Source: Oculina patagonica
Lineage: Eukaryota
NCBI RefSeq assembly: GCF_052425735.1
Contig: NC_135759.1
Location: forward strand, 45,446,001-45,510,000
Reading direction: 5' to 3'
Length of the DNA: 64,000 nt
The notes under the pieces were generated by a model. That model did no database searches. It saw nothing but the letters and a program-made list of their open reading frames with translations, and was not told the origin of the DNA. This document shows positions 25,401 through 37,887 of this stretch, in pieces (the stretch's first letter is position 1; every line of letters starts with the position of its first letter). A program made the translations under genes and the position numbers.

Positions 25401-28400
25401 ACTTATTTTTGAACCAAGAATAGGATAACCATCTCACCACAAGTGTCTCTGTAGTTCAGTGGTGCGGAAGTTCATGAGCGCGATTTGCGTTCGTGAGGCA
25501 ATTTTTTTCTTTGGCTGACATTCACGACAAAAATTAAATTGTCCTCATAATGTTTGAATGTTCTTTTTTTATGTGATGTTAATGTGACTCCATTCAATAT
25601 AGCAGTGTTTGCCCCCTTTGCCTGCGGGGCTTTCGGAGGCGGCCGGGCCCTCCCCCCCCCCCCCCCCCACTTCTGAATCATAATATTATTTTGTTGTTTC
25701 GCTCTCAGGACGTCCCAAGGTGTTTAAAAATTATCAATCAGATCTCAGAGATGGCAATCAACCCAGATATCATCAAGAAAAACCCAGAAATAGTTCAAAC
25801 CATCAAAAGGGTAGGTGATTCATTGTGTTGTACATGTGGTGCTGTGTTATGACACGTCCTGTTATTATTATTTTCTATGCTATCTTGAAACAGTTATGCC
25901 CTCCAGAAATTAAACCAATTAAGACAAATACAGTAATTTTCTCTTGCTTTTTTTGGACGTTTAGGGTGTTTCATCACAATCACTCGCAAATATTAGTTTT
26001 ACTGTGCAGTGTATTAGTTTCCCAAAAGTTCTTTTTTTTTTCAGAAAAAAAGATTGTTTATGAATGTAAGAAATGCTGGGGCAAGTGACTGGAACTCGCT
26101 ACCTATAGAATTAAAAAAAAAAATTAAAAATTTTTTTTTTAAACTAAATTTTTTTAAACATTTAAAAAAAATNNNNNNNNNNNNNNNNNNNNNNNNNNNN
26201 NNNNNNNNNNNNNNNNNNNNNNNNNNNNNNNNNNNNNNNNNNNNNNNNNNNNNNNNNNNNNNNNNNNNNNNNNNNNNNNNNNNNNNNNNNNNNNNNNNNN
26301 NNNNNNNNNNNNNNNNNNNNNNNNNNNNNNNNNNNNNNNNNNNNNNNNNNNNNNNNNNNNNNNNNNNNNNNNNNNNNNNNNNNNNNNNNNNNNNNNNNNN
26401 NNNNNNNNNNNNNNNNNNNNNNNNNTGTACCCGCTCAGCTTTCAATAAGAGTGCAGAATCTTTTGACAAGTATTAAGATATTAAGATATGCAGTGTCAAC
26501 AACAGATATATGTATTTATTATATAAACTGCAGTGGTATAGCGAGTGGTAGCAAATCGAGGAAAATGGTATCACACATGTGTGGATAAAAATGATATCCA
26601 CACATGTGTGATATCATTTTTGACCAATCAGCTCGCAGCGTTTGCCGTGTTTCAATGCTCAATCAACCAAATTTTATCGATATTAAGTGGATATTAAGTC
26701 GGAGTTCGGATCTTCCTTGGCAATCTTTGGTAATCTTCGGAAAACTTCGGAAATTTTGATAGAAGTTCGGAGAAGTTCGGAACCATTCGTACGACCTTCG
26801 GAAAACATTTTGAAAATCTTCGGAAATCTTCGGAAAATTGTGGAAACCTTCGGAAAATTGTCCAAAACATCATAATTAGTAGGTGTATATAAAAAACAGA
26901 ATAATACATGGTTGCTTGGATATATGAAATTTATCTTCTCGTGTCTTCAAAACCGATATCTCACTCATTCGCTGCGTTCACTCGTGAGCTATCGATTTGA
27001 ACACTCGAAGATAAATTTTATATCTCCATGCAGCCATGTATTATCCTCTGTAAGTTACAGATGTGTGTATTGGTAGTGTCAGACGAATCTTTAGAAATGT
27101 GCGAGCCAATTCTTTGCGCTAATAAGTAATACTAATTTGCATTCCAGATAAGAAATTACAAACAAAATTCTAAAGTACGAGAAAGAGCGAGCCAGCTGTA
27201 TACTCAGTTCAAGTCACTGTTTACAGTCGCTGGATCAGGTCAGTGAACTACTTAAGTAACACAGTTGAACGTTCTTAATTATATTTTGGTTTGACATTGG
27301 AAGAACTGTTCAATATTTTTATCGCTTGGTGGTTATCAAGACTGAAGAGCATAAGCCGTTTAAACCTATTTCCTCCTGCAAATGTTTGGAAGAAAAATAT
27401 TTTCATGGTTATAGCTGTCCACTAAGATTCAGTGTAAATAATTTGGGTGTTCCTTTTCTAATATTTTGATCACAGTAAGGTCCTTTGGGAGGCGTGGTGG
27501 CCTGTAAGCGGGCTGGACTCCAGCTCAAGTGGTCCAGGTTTAAGCTCTTGCCGGGGTCGACATGTTGTGTTTTGGGGCAAGATAAGTTACGCCAACAGTG
27601 CTTCTTTCTGTTCTTTACACCTCGGGCTATAAATTGGTACTGGCGAATTAAATGCTTGTGGATACCCTTCGGACGTATTTAGACTAGTATCCCATCCAGG
27701 GAAAGAATAAAAACTCTGAAGATAAACGCCTGCCTGATGGGCCACTTGGCACGAATTTGACGTTACTTATATTACACTGTACGTTAATTTTACAAAAGCT
27801 GTCGTCGAACGTTATTTTTCTTTCGCAATTGCATCGTGTGCGTACCATATGTTTAAGGAGACCACGGTTCTTGCTTTTAGTGGTGTTTAATTAAACGTGC
27901 AGGAGTGCTAAATCAAGTTTAAAACACGAGGCGCAGCCAAGTGTGGTAGACTTGATAAACACGAACTGTGAGTTTATTGATGGCTTCAAAAACCTCTGAT
28001 CTTTTCATTTTTGCACTGATATTTAGATTTTGGGTTATTTTGGCCAAGAAAATTTGACATAAAATTTAGCCGTGTCTTTGTTAGATATAAAGACACTCAT
28101 TAACATTAATTTTCTCTGCATTTTCTTTATTGAAAATTTCAGAATCTACTGTAAACGTAGCGCCGGCAGCCAGCTCGAATAACGAAAGTTCTGCTCATGA
28201 TTTGTCATCTGTGGATGGCAACGAAAGAACACAAGCCACGACAGCAGAAGCCACAAGTAAACCCGAGATACCAGAAGAGAAAAACACACAAACCCACTCC
28301 ACACCTACTGAGAATGGAAGTGATCATCCTGTCCCCTCCGCTGGTGAGTAAAAATTTTCCAATGTCAATCATGAAGCATTTCTTTCAGTATACACCGATT

Positions 28401-30855
28401 TAGCGTAAGCCGGAAGTTGCATGGAAACGAGGCCTAAGGGCCCTCGGCGGCTAAAAACTATAAAGATTTTACTAGCGTTTGGGGCGTTTCGAGTCGAAAG
28501 AAAGCATTTCCTTTACAAATTAGCCATGAATCTTGATCCCTATCAGTGCAAAAGTATAAAGAGAAGAAATTGTAATGTCTACCAGGCGACAGGTGAAATT
28601 CTAACAGCTTAGCGGTAAGATTTTGCTGCCAACTTCAATATTCCCTCGCCAGCATAGGCTGAATTTCATCCGTTCTCTCAGATAGTTTACAATCAATTTT
28701 TAAGAAACAGATTTTTCTGTGGGAAGGAAGCCCTTTGGTTTTCGATCTGAATGAAAACTTTCTATTATATTAATGGTAAAACTCCCGTAAACATCACGCA
28801 TACATCATTAAAGACAGTCTACTGATTCTGTTACAGAATTTGACAGATTTTTTCAGTAGAATTTGTGATTGGCATGAACTGTTTCAGGTGTAAATTGAAT
28901 TGTACATGAATTTGAGTTGCAGATTCATACAGGTTAATAATAAAATAAATCCAGCTTTCATATCAAAAGAATTATAATATAAAGTTCGACGCCAATGGGT
29001 GAGTTGTGTGTATACACGGAAGGTTATTTAGTGTTTAAATTCATCGATGCTTTTTAAACACACAGATTCTAGAGTAGTAGCAAAATGTAGCAGTGTATTC
29101 AAAGCAGACTCGGTTTTTATTACTGATAAAATTATACCGATCGGGAAGCTTACATGTAAACAATAAAATCTTCTCTTGCTGGTCAAATTCGATCCAGTTC
29201 ACAAATGAAGTCAGGTCCGTAAAAAAAATTCAGTGAAAAAAATCTGACATACCTGTATTTGACTGGGTTGACTGTACGCTTTTCGATTGTTGATTAATTA
29301 TTATGATTGGCAAATGTTACAACAAACTGCGGTACATGTTTACGTGAGCTTCTCTGTCGAAACAAACTAACATAATTTAGTTAACTGAAACTATTTGTGA
29401 GACATGTTTACGCGTGACTTTCTCTACGATTCTATGTCGATACCTGCAACTTTTTATTCGGATTGAAAACCTAAGGGGCTCTCAAAACCAAATTAATATT
29501 GTTCTTCAAAAGTTCCATTCAGTGAATCATAAGGTAGTTCGTTTTATTGATTAACAAAATCCAAAATTGAGTGTAGCCAGAGAACGGCAAACATTCAGGC
29601 TATGCTGATGAGTGAATATAAAATATTCGATTCCAAAGAAGATCACAAAATCTTACCGGTAAGCTGTAAGAATTTCTTCTCTAGCCTGCTAGACCTTAAA
29701 TTTCTTCTTCTTATACTTTTGAACTTATAAGGATCAAGATTCGTGGCTAATTTGTAAAGGGAATGCTTTTACCGACTCGAAATGCCCCACACGCTAATAA
29801 AATCTTTATAATTTTGAGCCGCCGAGGGCCCTTAGGCCTCGTTTCCATGCAACTTCCGGCTTACGCTGAATCGGTGTATCGCCTGAGTCGGCACTTGTTT
29901 ATAGTGTTTAAAAGAATAATTTACTGGTTTATAGAACTGGAAAATTGATGAAGGTCGCAAAAGTGCGTTTGAACTATCAGGGATTGAGAAAAGCACACAT
30001 GCGGTCGTCCGGGACGAGCAGATTTTCCGTCGGGCAAGATACTTTCCATGCTCACTAGCCCAGTGGGCAGTAGCCTTTCTCCAGGCTCTCGGTAGTTATG
30101 GGAGAGCGAATAACGCGGGTGAGTGAGGAAAAAATGAGGCGGGACGAAAAAAAAAACCCCTCATTTTTTGCCCGCTCGCCCGCGTTTTTTGCTTTCCCTT
30201 CAACTACCGAGGGCCTGGAACAGGCTAGGTGGGCAGGGGCCCAGACAAGTCGTCTAACCACTATATTTGCATTTCTTGTCCGAAAGTCAAGCTGAAATTC
30301 GTTTTAAAGCCCTGACTATTATATCAAGTGAACAGAATTAACATTTTTTAATAAGGTATATTTTGGACGCCGCTATAGATTACTGAATGCAGTTAAAAAT
30401 TGAACATAACATGAAAATGCAAAAAGGAAAGAAATTGAACGTTTGTATTTTTTGGTGAGAACAATTAAGATTAGTCTCGAGAACTTGAAAATAAACAACA
30501 ATTGAAATTAAGCTGGAAATGCATTGAACTGGGGGCTTGGTTGTCTTCCAGGCGACTCGTGAGATATGAAAAAGTAATCATGCTAATAAAAGCAATGTTT
30601 AAGGTTGCAAGTCTTTTCACATTACTTTGTCCATTCTTTTCCACTTCAGTTGTGTGTTAATTAAAAAATGTCTTGTTTACAGAAACAAAACTCGAGGATA
30701 AAACAAATCTACCAGAACAGACGCCATCAGAGGAAAAGACAACAGTTTCGAATAATACAAGCATTGACAATCTTACACCTGAACCAATGGAGATCAACAA
30801 CGATGCAACAGAGGATTTATCACCGTGTGATATGGACATATCAAGCCCTGACTGA
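19426..30855 (+). CDS. HDGFL2: HDGF-related protein 2 / PSIP1(LEDGF)-like PWWP plus IBD protein (exons 19426-19491, 19619-19692, 20789-21041, 21238-21315, 22055-22111, 22766-22885, 23441-23649, 24339-24580, 24878-24954, 25709-25810, 27148-27238, 28143-28343, 30683-30855)
   Basis: N-terminal PWWP domain ([22 protein letters not shown]...[12 protein letters not shown]...[12 protein letters not shown]...[15 protein letters not shown]), an acidic and E/K/R-rich coiled middle, and an integrase-binding domain ([19 protein letters not shown]...[34 protein letters not shown]). GT-AG introns with compatible phases. Probably co-orthologous to HDGFL2 and PSIP1; exons could be hidden in the two N gaps. 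Confidence 0.9.
21454..21724. other. Assembly gap (N run)
   Basis: Ns flanked by homopolymer-rich, low-quality sequence. Confidence 0.99.
26173..26425. other. Assembly gap (N run)
   Basis: Run of Ns. Confidence 0.99.
26560..27050 (+). repeat. Interspersed repeat with CTTCGGAAA subrepeats; partial second copy at about 51335-51625
   Basis: Shared tcgatattaagt...cttcggaaa...cattcgtacgaccttcgga...taattagtagg. Confidence 0.75.
28390..29879. mobile_element. Non-autonomous foldback DNA element with long (about 370-430 bp) imperfect TIRs, in the last HDGFL2 intron
   Basis: atacaccgatttagcgtaagccggaagttgcatggaaacgaggcctaagggccctcggcggct... is matched in reverse complement at 29879; similarity is traceable to about 28760 / 29450. 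Confidence 0.85.
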
Positions 30856-32092
30856 AATGTGCAAGGAAGATTATTAACTATTTTATGAATCAGTCTACAA
30901 ACATTTTTATGACTTTCTTGTGGAAGCCTTTTTATTGTCGCGAAACATTTGGAGAAAATGTATTCGTGATGCGCGATGATTGCGAAAAACAAGATAACAG
31001 TGATTGTGACATCTTTTTTATAAATAGGAATATAATGATAGCATTTTACTTCTCACCTGTTGTGATCGCGAGATGCAAATGCAATTCTCATTTGCTCATT
31101 GAAAGGAAATTTTGTTTGTTGTATTTATAAAGGCTTATGTTGTTAGTGTCTGTCTCTTGTAAAACTATGCAACTATGCAACTTGTAAAACTATGTAAGCA
31201 TTTTAAATCACATTGCAGAATGTACAAATCTATGTTGGCTTTCTCTTTTGCCGAACAAAATCAACTGTTTCCACTTATCTACTGTATGTTACTACTTTAC
31301 TCTTTGCCAAGGCGGTCGAAATAAGATTCACTGAACAAAGTGCTTTCTTAAAATCTATTATAGTGTGAGGGACGTTTTTGCCTTCCTTTTTTGTGGGAGG
31401 CGCTGTGGCCGATGGTTAGTGCGCTGGACTACAGAACTTACCATCCGGGGTCGAGCCTTGCCCAGAGTCATTCTGTTATGTTGTATATCTCCACCATGTT
31501 TAAATGGATAACGGTGAATTAAATGCTGGGGGTAACCCTGGACTAGCATCCCATTTAGGGAGGGGTGGCAGTAGAAATACAGCTAGCCGCTTCACACTCA
31601 CGGAAACAGGAGATAAGCGTCGTATATATGGACTGTTTCTATCCTGGCCTTGCTTGACTGGTGGGAGGCGCGGTGGCCTAAGGGTAAGCGCGCCGGACTC
31701 CGGATCGAACGGTCCAGGTTCGAGCCATGGCCGGGGTAGTGTTCTTGGGCAAGACACTTTACCCTCATATCTCATACTACCTCTTTCCCCCCAGGTGTTA
31801 ACATGGGTACCGGCAAACTAATCCTGAGGGTGGGGTACCCTACAATGGGCCAGCATCCCAGGTTGAGTAGAAATATTCCTAGCCGCTAAATGCTATTGGA
31901 TCAGGGATAGGCTTTGGCAGTATGGGCCACTTGGCTCGAGGCTTCCTTTGCTCGATTGTGCAGGAGAGATCATTGGTGTTCGACTCTAACTGGTCATTTT
32001 TACACCTCTCCATGATGCAGCTAACAATTACGTCAAAGTGAACTCTACAAAAATACCCTAACGTCAAGCAGTTCATACTTTTTACTTATTAA

Positions 32093-34330
32093 GGCTGCAT
32101 TCATTATGTATGTAGAGGATTTTTTTTTTCAGCGGCTCGTTTTTTTATATCCCCCCCAAGGTCCATACAATTTTTCATAATCCCCCAATCCAATCAGCCG
32201 AAAAATGAATACCCCCCCCCCCCTCCTCCCTCACAAGAAATATCAAAATAAATATCTGTATAATAGTACACTACCTTATTATAGGAATATAACGAAGCAT
32301 TTTAACAACACGAACAAATTAAAATTTACGCGTTATAAAATTAACGCGAATTCAAGAAAGGTTCTGGTTAAATCCTTATAGTAAAAAAGTTAACATCAAT
32401 AAAATTAACGCGAATTTTTGAAATTCGCGTTAATAACATGTATCGTTAATTTCCTATAATAAGGTATATATGTTTAAGATTTCAAGAGACATGTTTAATA
32501 ACAACATCGAGAGAGTTTTGACAGTTTATGTCATATATTGCCCTGATCTTGAACATATTCGGGTTGGAGATGAGTACATTGCCCCTAAGTCTTCTGCACG
32601 CAACCTAGGAGTCATCATTGACAATTGCCTTTGTATGGAACAACATGTGAAAAAGATATGCAATGAGGCAAATTACCATCTCAGGAACATATCAAAGATT
32701 CGCAAATATCTCACTCAGGACTCTGCGGAAATTCTCATTCACGCTTTTATTGGTTCCAAGCTCGACTATTGCAACTCAATTCTGTATGGTATTCCGAAAA
32801 AGTTAATTTGTAAATTACAGCGTGTTCAGAATACAGCTGCTCGCATTGTCACGTTAACAAGAAAATATGATTCTATTACCCCAATAATGTTTAAGCTACA
32901 CTGGCTACCCGTACAATTCCGTATTATTTTTAAACTACTGTTAATAGTCTACAAAGCACTCAACGACAAAACGCCATCCTATGTTTCTAGTATGCTAAGT
33001 TTTAGAACGTTCTCTCGGTCACTACGTTCCAGTGGCCAAGAACTGCTAACTGAGCCCATGGCTAAACTCAAGACCTACGGAGACCGGGCGTTCAGCACTG
33101 CTGCGCCAAGGCTGTGGAACAACCTGCCACTGAGCATCCGAAAATCAGCATCAGAAGACATTTTTAAGAAGAACCTAAAAACTTATCTTTTTAAAGAAGC
33201 TTATGACATTTAATTTTTATTTCTTATACACGTTTACTTTAAGTCCAGTTAAATAATCATGATATTTTTAGTTTTTAAATTTTTAACTTTTAAAACTTCA
33301 CTCTCTGCATGTATAGATATTTTAGCTCAATAGATTATTTTAGTTAGGTATTTTTATATTTTATTTTTATATTTTAGCATAGTGATTGTAAAGCGCTATG
33401 AAAGACTAGCTAAATAGCGCTATAGAAATGATTATTATTATTATTATTATTATTATCATACCTATGCCAGCCAATCTAAGTAGCGCAAATTAGGTATAGA
33501 TAGCCTGCCAGCTCGTGTACGAGTACTACCAGGAGTATTGACAGGAACCTCCGTTTCACTGTCACTCTCGTCAACAAAAGCAACAACCTCATCATCATCA
33601 CTCCCACTATCACACTCATCCACGGATTCATCTCCGCTGTTGCCATCTTCTTCACCCTAATTTTCCGGCCGTTCAGCATCATTGCTCTCAAGTGCGACAT
33701 GTGCCATTATTCTCCTTATCTTATCATTTGTCTTCCCAAGGAGAGAAAGTTTATGACGGTCTAAATGTTTGTTAAGTTCTTCTACGTATAGCTTGTTCAT
33801 ATTTTCAAACGTGGACGCGGTAGTTTTCCAGTTATATTGTTCGTATCCTTTCATTAATATTGAACATTTAAGTGCACATTTGTTGTTCAATTTCATAAAA
33901 CTGTGCACTGAATTACATTGTTTTCTTTTGCATTCATTGATTCAATAAAGTTCATGCACTGCTTAGACTGAGGTTGCATTAAATGTTTCCATTTTAGATG
34001 TTTTACTTTCTATGCTATATCGAAACATTACATCTACAGGCCAGGCACACTACTTGAAAACTTCAAATAGCTACTATATAGTCTCTCAGAATAATAGAGG
34101 TACCCTTGTTGCTTACAATCCTTGAAAGAAGCTGCTGTACTGATCATTTCTTTTTTTCACTTTTTGAAAACTATTACAAAAGCTAGACAGAAGCTTACAA
34201 AAAATAAGCATCCCCCCAGTAGATATTTAACAATTTTCATATCCCCCCTTTTTTGGCTCTAAAAATTTGAGAACCCCCCCTAAAATCCTCTGCCCCCCCC
34301 CCCCCTGTAGGATACATAATGAATGCAGCC
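32093..34330. mobile_element. PIF/Harbinger-type non-autonomous element (TAA TSD) hosting nested insertions
   Basis: TAA-GGCTGCATTCATTATGTAT ... ATACATAATGAATGCAGCC-TAA. It contains a TA-flanked palindromic MITE (about 32272-32466), an L2 insertion and a SAP-like coding remnant (33690-33800, minus). Confidence 0.8.
32540..33457 (+). mobile_element. 5'-truncated L2/Crack-type LINE (RT C-terminus)
   Basis: Encodes ARNLGVIIDN...IRKYLT...LIHAFIGSKLDYCNSILYG...LHWLPVQFRIIFK...GDRAFSTAAPRLWNNLP...FKKNLKTYLF, then a 3' UTR and an (ATT)n tail. Confidence 0.92.
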
Positions 34331-35707
34331 TAATCATCCAGCGAGAAACGTGAAATAAAAGTAAGTCCGCAATGCGAACATGTGTGGACATTTGAATAAA
34401 AGTTGACATTATGAATTAATCAATGAGTAACTGTAGCACCGGTCAAAAATAAGTTAATTGACCGTCACTTGGAGTATCGACTCACGAGTCGAGTCAACAA
34501 CTTCAAGTTTCGAAACGAGAAATTTGAGATACAAGACGAAAACACAAAGAACTTATCAATCAATTTATTTTTACAAGACTTTTGGAAGAAAAAAAGTGTA
34601 CTATGAGTTGACCTATGTACTACGCTTCAAGGAACACGCGTTGCTGTTGCCGCTTGGGGTGTTACGCAATGCGAAGGAGCGTTGTGTGACATCCCTCCCC
34701 CCCCCCCCCCCCACTGCCACTACTAAAAAAAGCTGCAAAGAAGAGTTTGTCGGCCAAGCTCCAATATAGTGCAATGTAAATCGGTAAAACCTGGGACACC
34801 ACCCCTCATCCGGTTAAAAAAACCTGGGCGTGATTAAAACTTTTGTTACCCCAATTAAAAAGATACCAGTTTGCAACGTTAATAACGTTGATAAACATGA
34901 TCAATAAGTCTACAGTGACTTTAAATGATGTGTCCCTAAACACTAAACATTGACGGCTAAAAACGTTGGCGTTTTTTAAATGATATCAAAATCCGTATTA
35001 AGAAAAGACAGGAGCCTGGAAGAGACCATGACTTTTCCGTCCAATTCATATCGGACCTACGACCACAGTTGTTCAGTTCATTAGATATGCAGATTTCAGG
35101 CGTCGCGATTGTTATTTCACTTTTCATCTACGCCACCGCTGCCTTTAAAGTTGATCCTTGATGTATATTTTCCAGCCACCACACGCTCTTCGAAAGCTGT
35201 GTCAAAAAGGCTTCTAGATTCACCGTAATAAAGTGCGACTTACTCGATACTGATCGAATTTCTGATCTCACAGAAACTTCGGATTCTTCGATCACTATCG
35301 AAAACTTCCGAAAGCACTAACCCAAGTTATTACGGAAAGTGACCCCTCAATCGGAAAAACTGCATCACAACAATGTGTAAAACCGAGTTGGAAAAGTAAA
35401 ATGAGCCGCAATGCATCCAGGAAGGAGAAAGACTTAACACTTTAAAGGATTTTAATGAAACTGGCTCCTTTGACATGCAAGAATACCGCTTGAGCTAACA
35501 GGGATTTAAGAAGTGATAAACTTAACCCTTGTGATCCACGGACTTCCGGTCGTTGTGTGCGCAGACTCGGAGTTTATTCCGCAAATCTCCGCAAATCTGA
35601 TTCCGCAAATCGATAATAAGTACTCTGCGCATGCTCAAAAAGAGTTTCAACGTTTTTGGTGCTGTTCAAAAGAAAAGCGAACTCAGGGCACAAGATTGTT
35701 TTACAAA

Positions 35708-37887
35708 CTAACGAAAAACAGCCATGAAAGTACATGCTAACAGTATAACGGTGCTGACCATCGGAACTTTAGCTTCACTGTTATCATTTCTTGTGTTGTT
35801 GTTGTTGTCGTTGTTGTTATTATTGTTGTTGTCGTTGTTGTTGTTGTCGTTATCGTTGTTGTTATTATTGTTGTTGTCTTTGTTGTTGTTATTATTGTCG
35901 TTGTTGTTGTTGATATATTTATTATTGCACAAATCACCAGTGCAGCAGTGTAGGTCGCACGTGGTATTTGTTAATGTGGGAGCGTACAGGTTACAGTTAT
36001 CTGGATGGCATAACTCTGTTTCAACGCAGTCTTTCGCATATATTTTAACTTGCTGGCCGCCTCTTTTTCCCTCTAAAACGGCTTCAGCGCAACTGCCTTG
36101 CTGATTGTAAGGACAAATAATCTCGGTTTTGTTGTTTACACAATCATCCCAACTCTTTTCAGAGGAGCACATGTAGCACTTGTTTGGCTGAGGAGTGGGG
36201 CCATCTCCTGCGAGACAGGAAAAACAAAAATTGAACAAACAAACAAACAGCAGTGTTATAGCACTTGTATTGCACTCGAAAATAAAGGGTAAGCTAAAGA
36301 CAAGACCTGTCGAAACAAACTATTTTTGCACTTTGTAGAGATCCGTAGAAGTCAAACTTCTAAACTACCCTGATGTTTTAAGCAAATAAAATATAGCAGA
36401 ATTTACATTCGAACCTGGACAACATTAAATTGAAGTATAGGCAGCGACAAAATCATCAGAAACAACGAATTTAGGCTAACTAGTGTCAGTAAAAACAGTT
36501 CAAAATGGCAAACTAAATGGCAATATTCTGTACCTACCGCTATTACAGGAATCGCTTTTGCAGCAACTGAATGAACAATTTCCATTAATAGTACTGCATG
36601 CGTCTTTTGATCTGTTACAAATAGCCTGGTCCGCACAGCTTTTAGTGTTCGCTGTACCTATGCCGTTTCCAGTTTTGTAAGTGATGAAGAGTGTAAGACA
36701 TTGGTCATGTTCAGGAATACACGTCTGTAGCTTTTGTTGCTGTTCGCAGTCCTCTGCACTTTCAGTGCTGCTACAAGTGTAACAATTCAGTCCAAAAGCT
36801 GCAGTAAACAGGAATAGCAAAGGACATTACTTGCTGAATTAATAAACGTGGTGTAATTCTACTTTGGAGCCGTAACAAGATCTTGCACTCATAGTTCTGC
36901 ACTTATAAACAGCGTGATCAAACCTGATTCAGTGTGCGATCGCTGCAAGTCTAGCACTGACAGACAGCACGTAAAGGAAATTGCGCGCACATTATTTTAT
37001 TCATACGAGTGCACACGAAAGCATATGATCTAACGAATTTCATAGCATCAGAAATTAAAGCCGTCGAATGAAACGTCGATCTTGTATGGCGTACTAATCC
37101 CTTCTGCAATTTCTTTTGCCATGTAATTTCATTGTGACGCAGAATAACAGTGAAAATACATTTTTCGTTTCCGAAAGGAACCTTTCCTTCAATTGATATA
37201 AGCCTTAGCGAAATAAATTCGTATCAGAATGGAAATAAACATCTATTGAGGCCGTACAGCTTTCTTAAGCTTTACTTTAAAACCTTTTCTTTTCTGGTTT
37301 ACAGTCACTTTATAAGCTTGTCTATACTGAGGAAATTACGAAATTACGCGCACATTATTTTATTCACACGAGTGCATAGGATATCATATGATCTAACGAA
37401 TTTCATAGCATCAGAAAGCCGTCGAATATAGCGTCGATCTTGTATGATGCAGAATAATAGTGAAAATTCATTTTTCGTTCCCTAAAGGAACCTTTCCTTC
37501 AATTGATATAAGCCTTAGCGAAATAAATTGAGTGGTTTACAATATGCATCCGCTTACATACACAACCGCAACATTTGTGAAGCCCTTGGGTGATCGACTT
37601 GCTTTTTGTTTTCTTATATATACGACAAGTACAAGTAATGATACACTAGCAATTTTTCGTTTTCGACATTTTTATCGAGAATAGCTTCCCATTTTGCTAC
37701 AATGTGACATAATAATCCTGTTTCGCCCGAAATCTTGCATACGATTCTGACGATGCAGTGTGTTAGCTATAAAAAATGCCTTAATGTCTGCCGGTACTCA
37801 TGATCATTTATAAATAAAAATAGAAAAATACTTACCGGCTGTAGACATGCAAAGTGTCAGAACACAGATTGCCAAGAACTTGCTCAT
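35708..37887 (-). CDS. Ly6/uPAR three-finger protein A: two LU domains, poly-Asn linker, GPI-type tail (exons 37887-37836, 36798-36538, 36207-35708)
   Basis: Signal exon MSKFLAICVLTLCMSTA. Domain 1 is LNCYTC...CCKSDSCN and domain 2 is KCYMC...CCTGDLCN (12 Cys each). An (AAC)n-encoded Asn run precedes the hydrophobic end SEAKVPMVSTVILLACTFMAVFR*. All introns are phase 1. Confidence 0.88.
35790..35925. repeat. (AAC/AAT/GAC)n coding microsatellite (poly-Asn)
   Basis: GTT/ATT/GTC triplet run on the plus strand inside Ly6 A exon 3. Confidence 0.9.

Noticed and set aside
36975-37530. Roughly 200-250 bp direct duplication in Ly6 A intron 1
   Set aside because: A local intronic duplication with no evident function.
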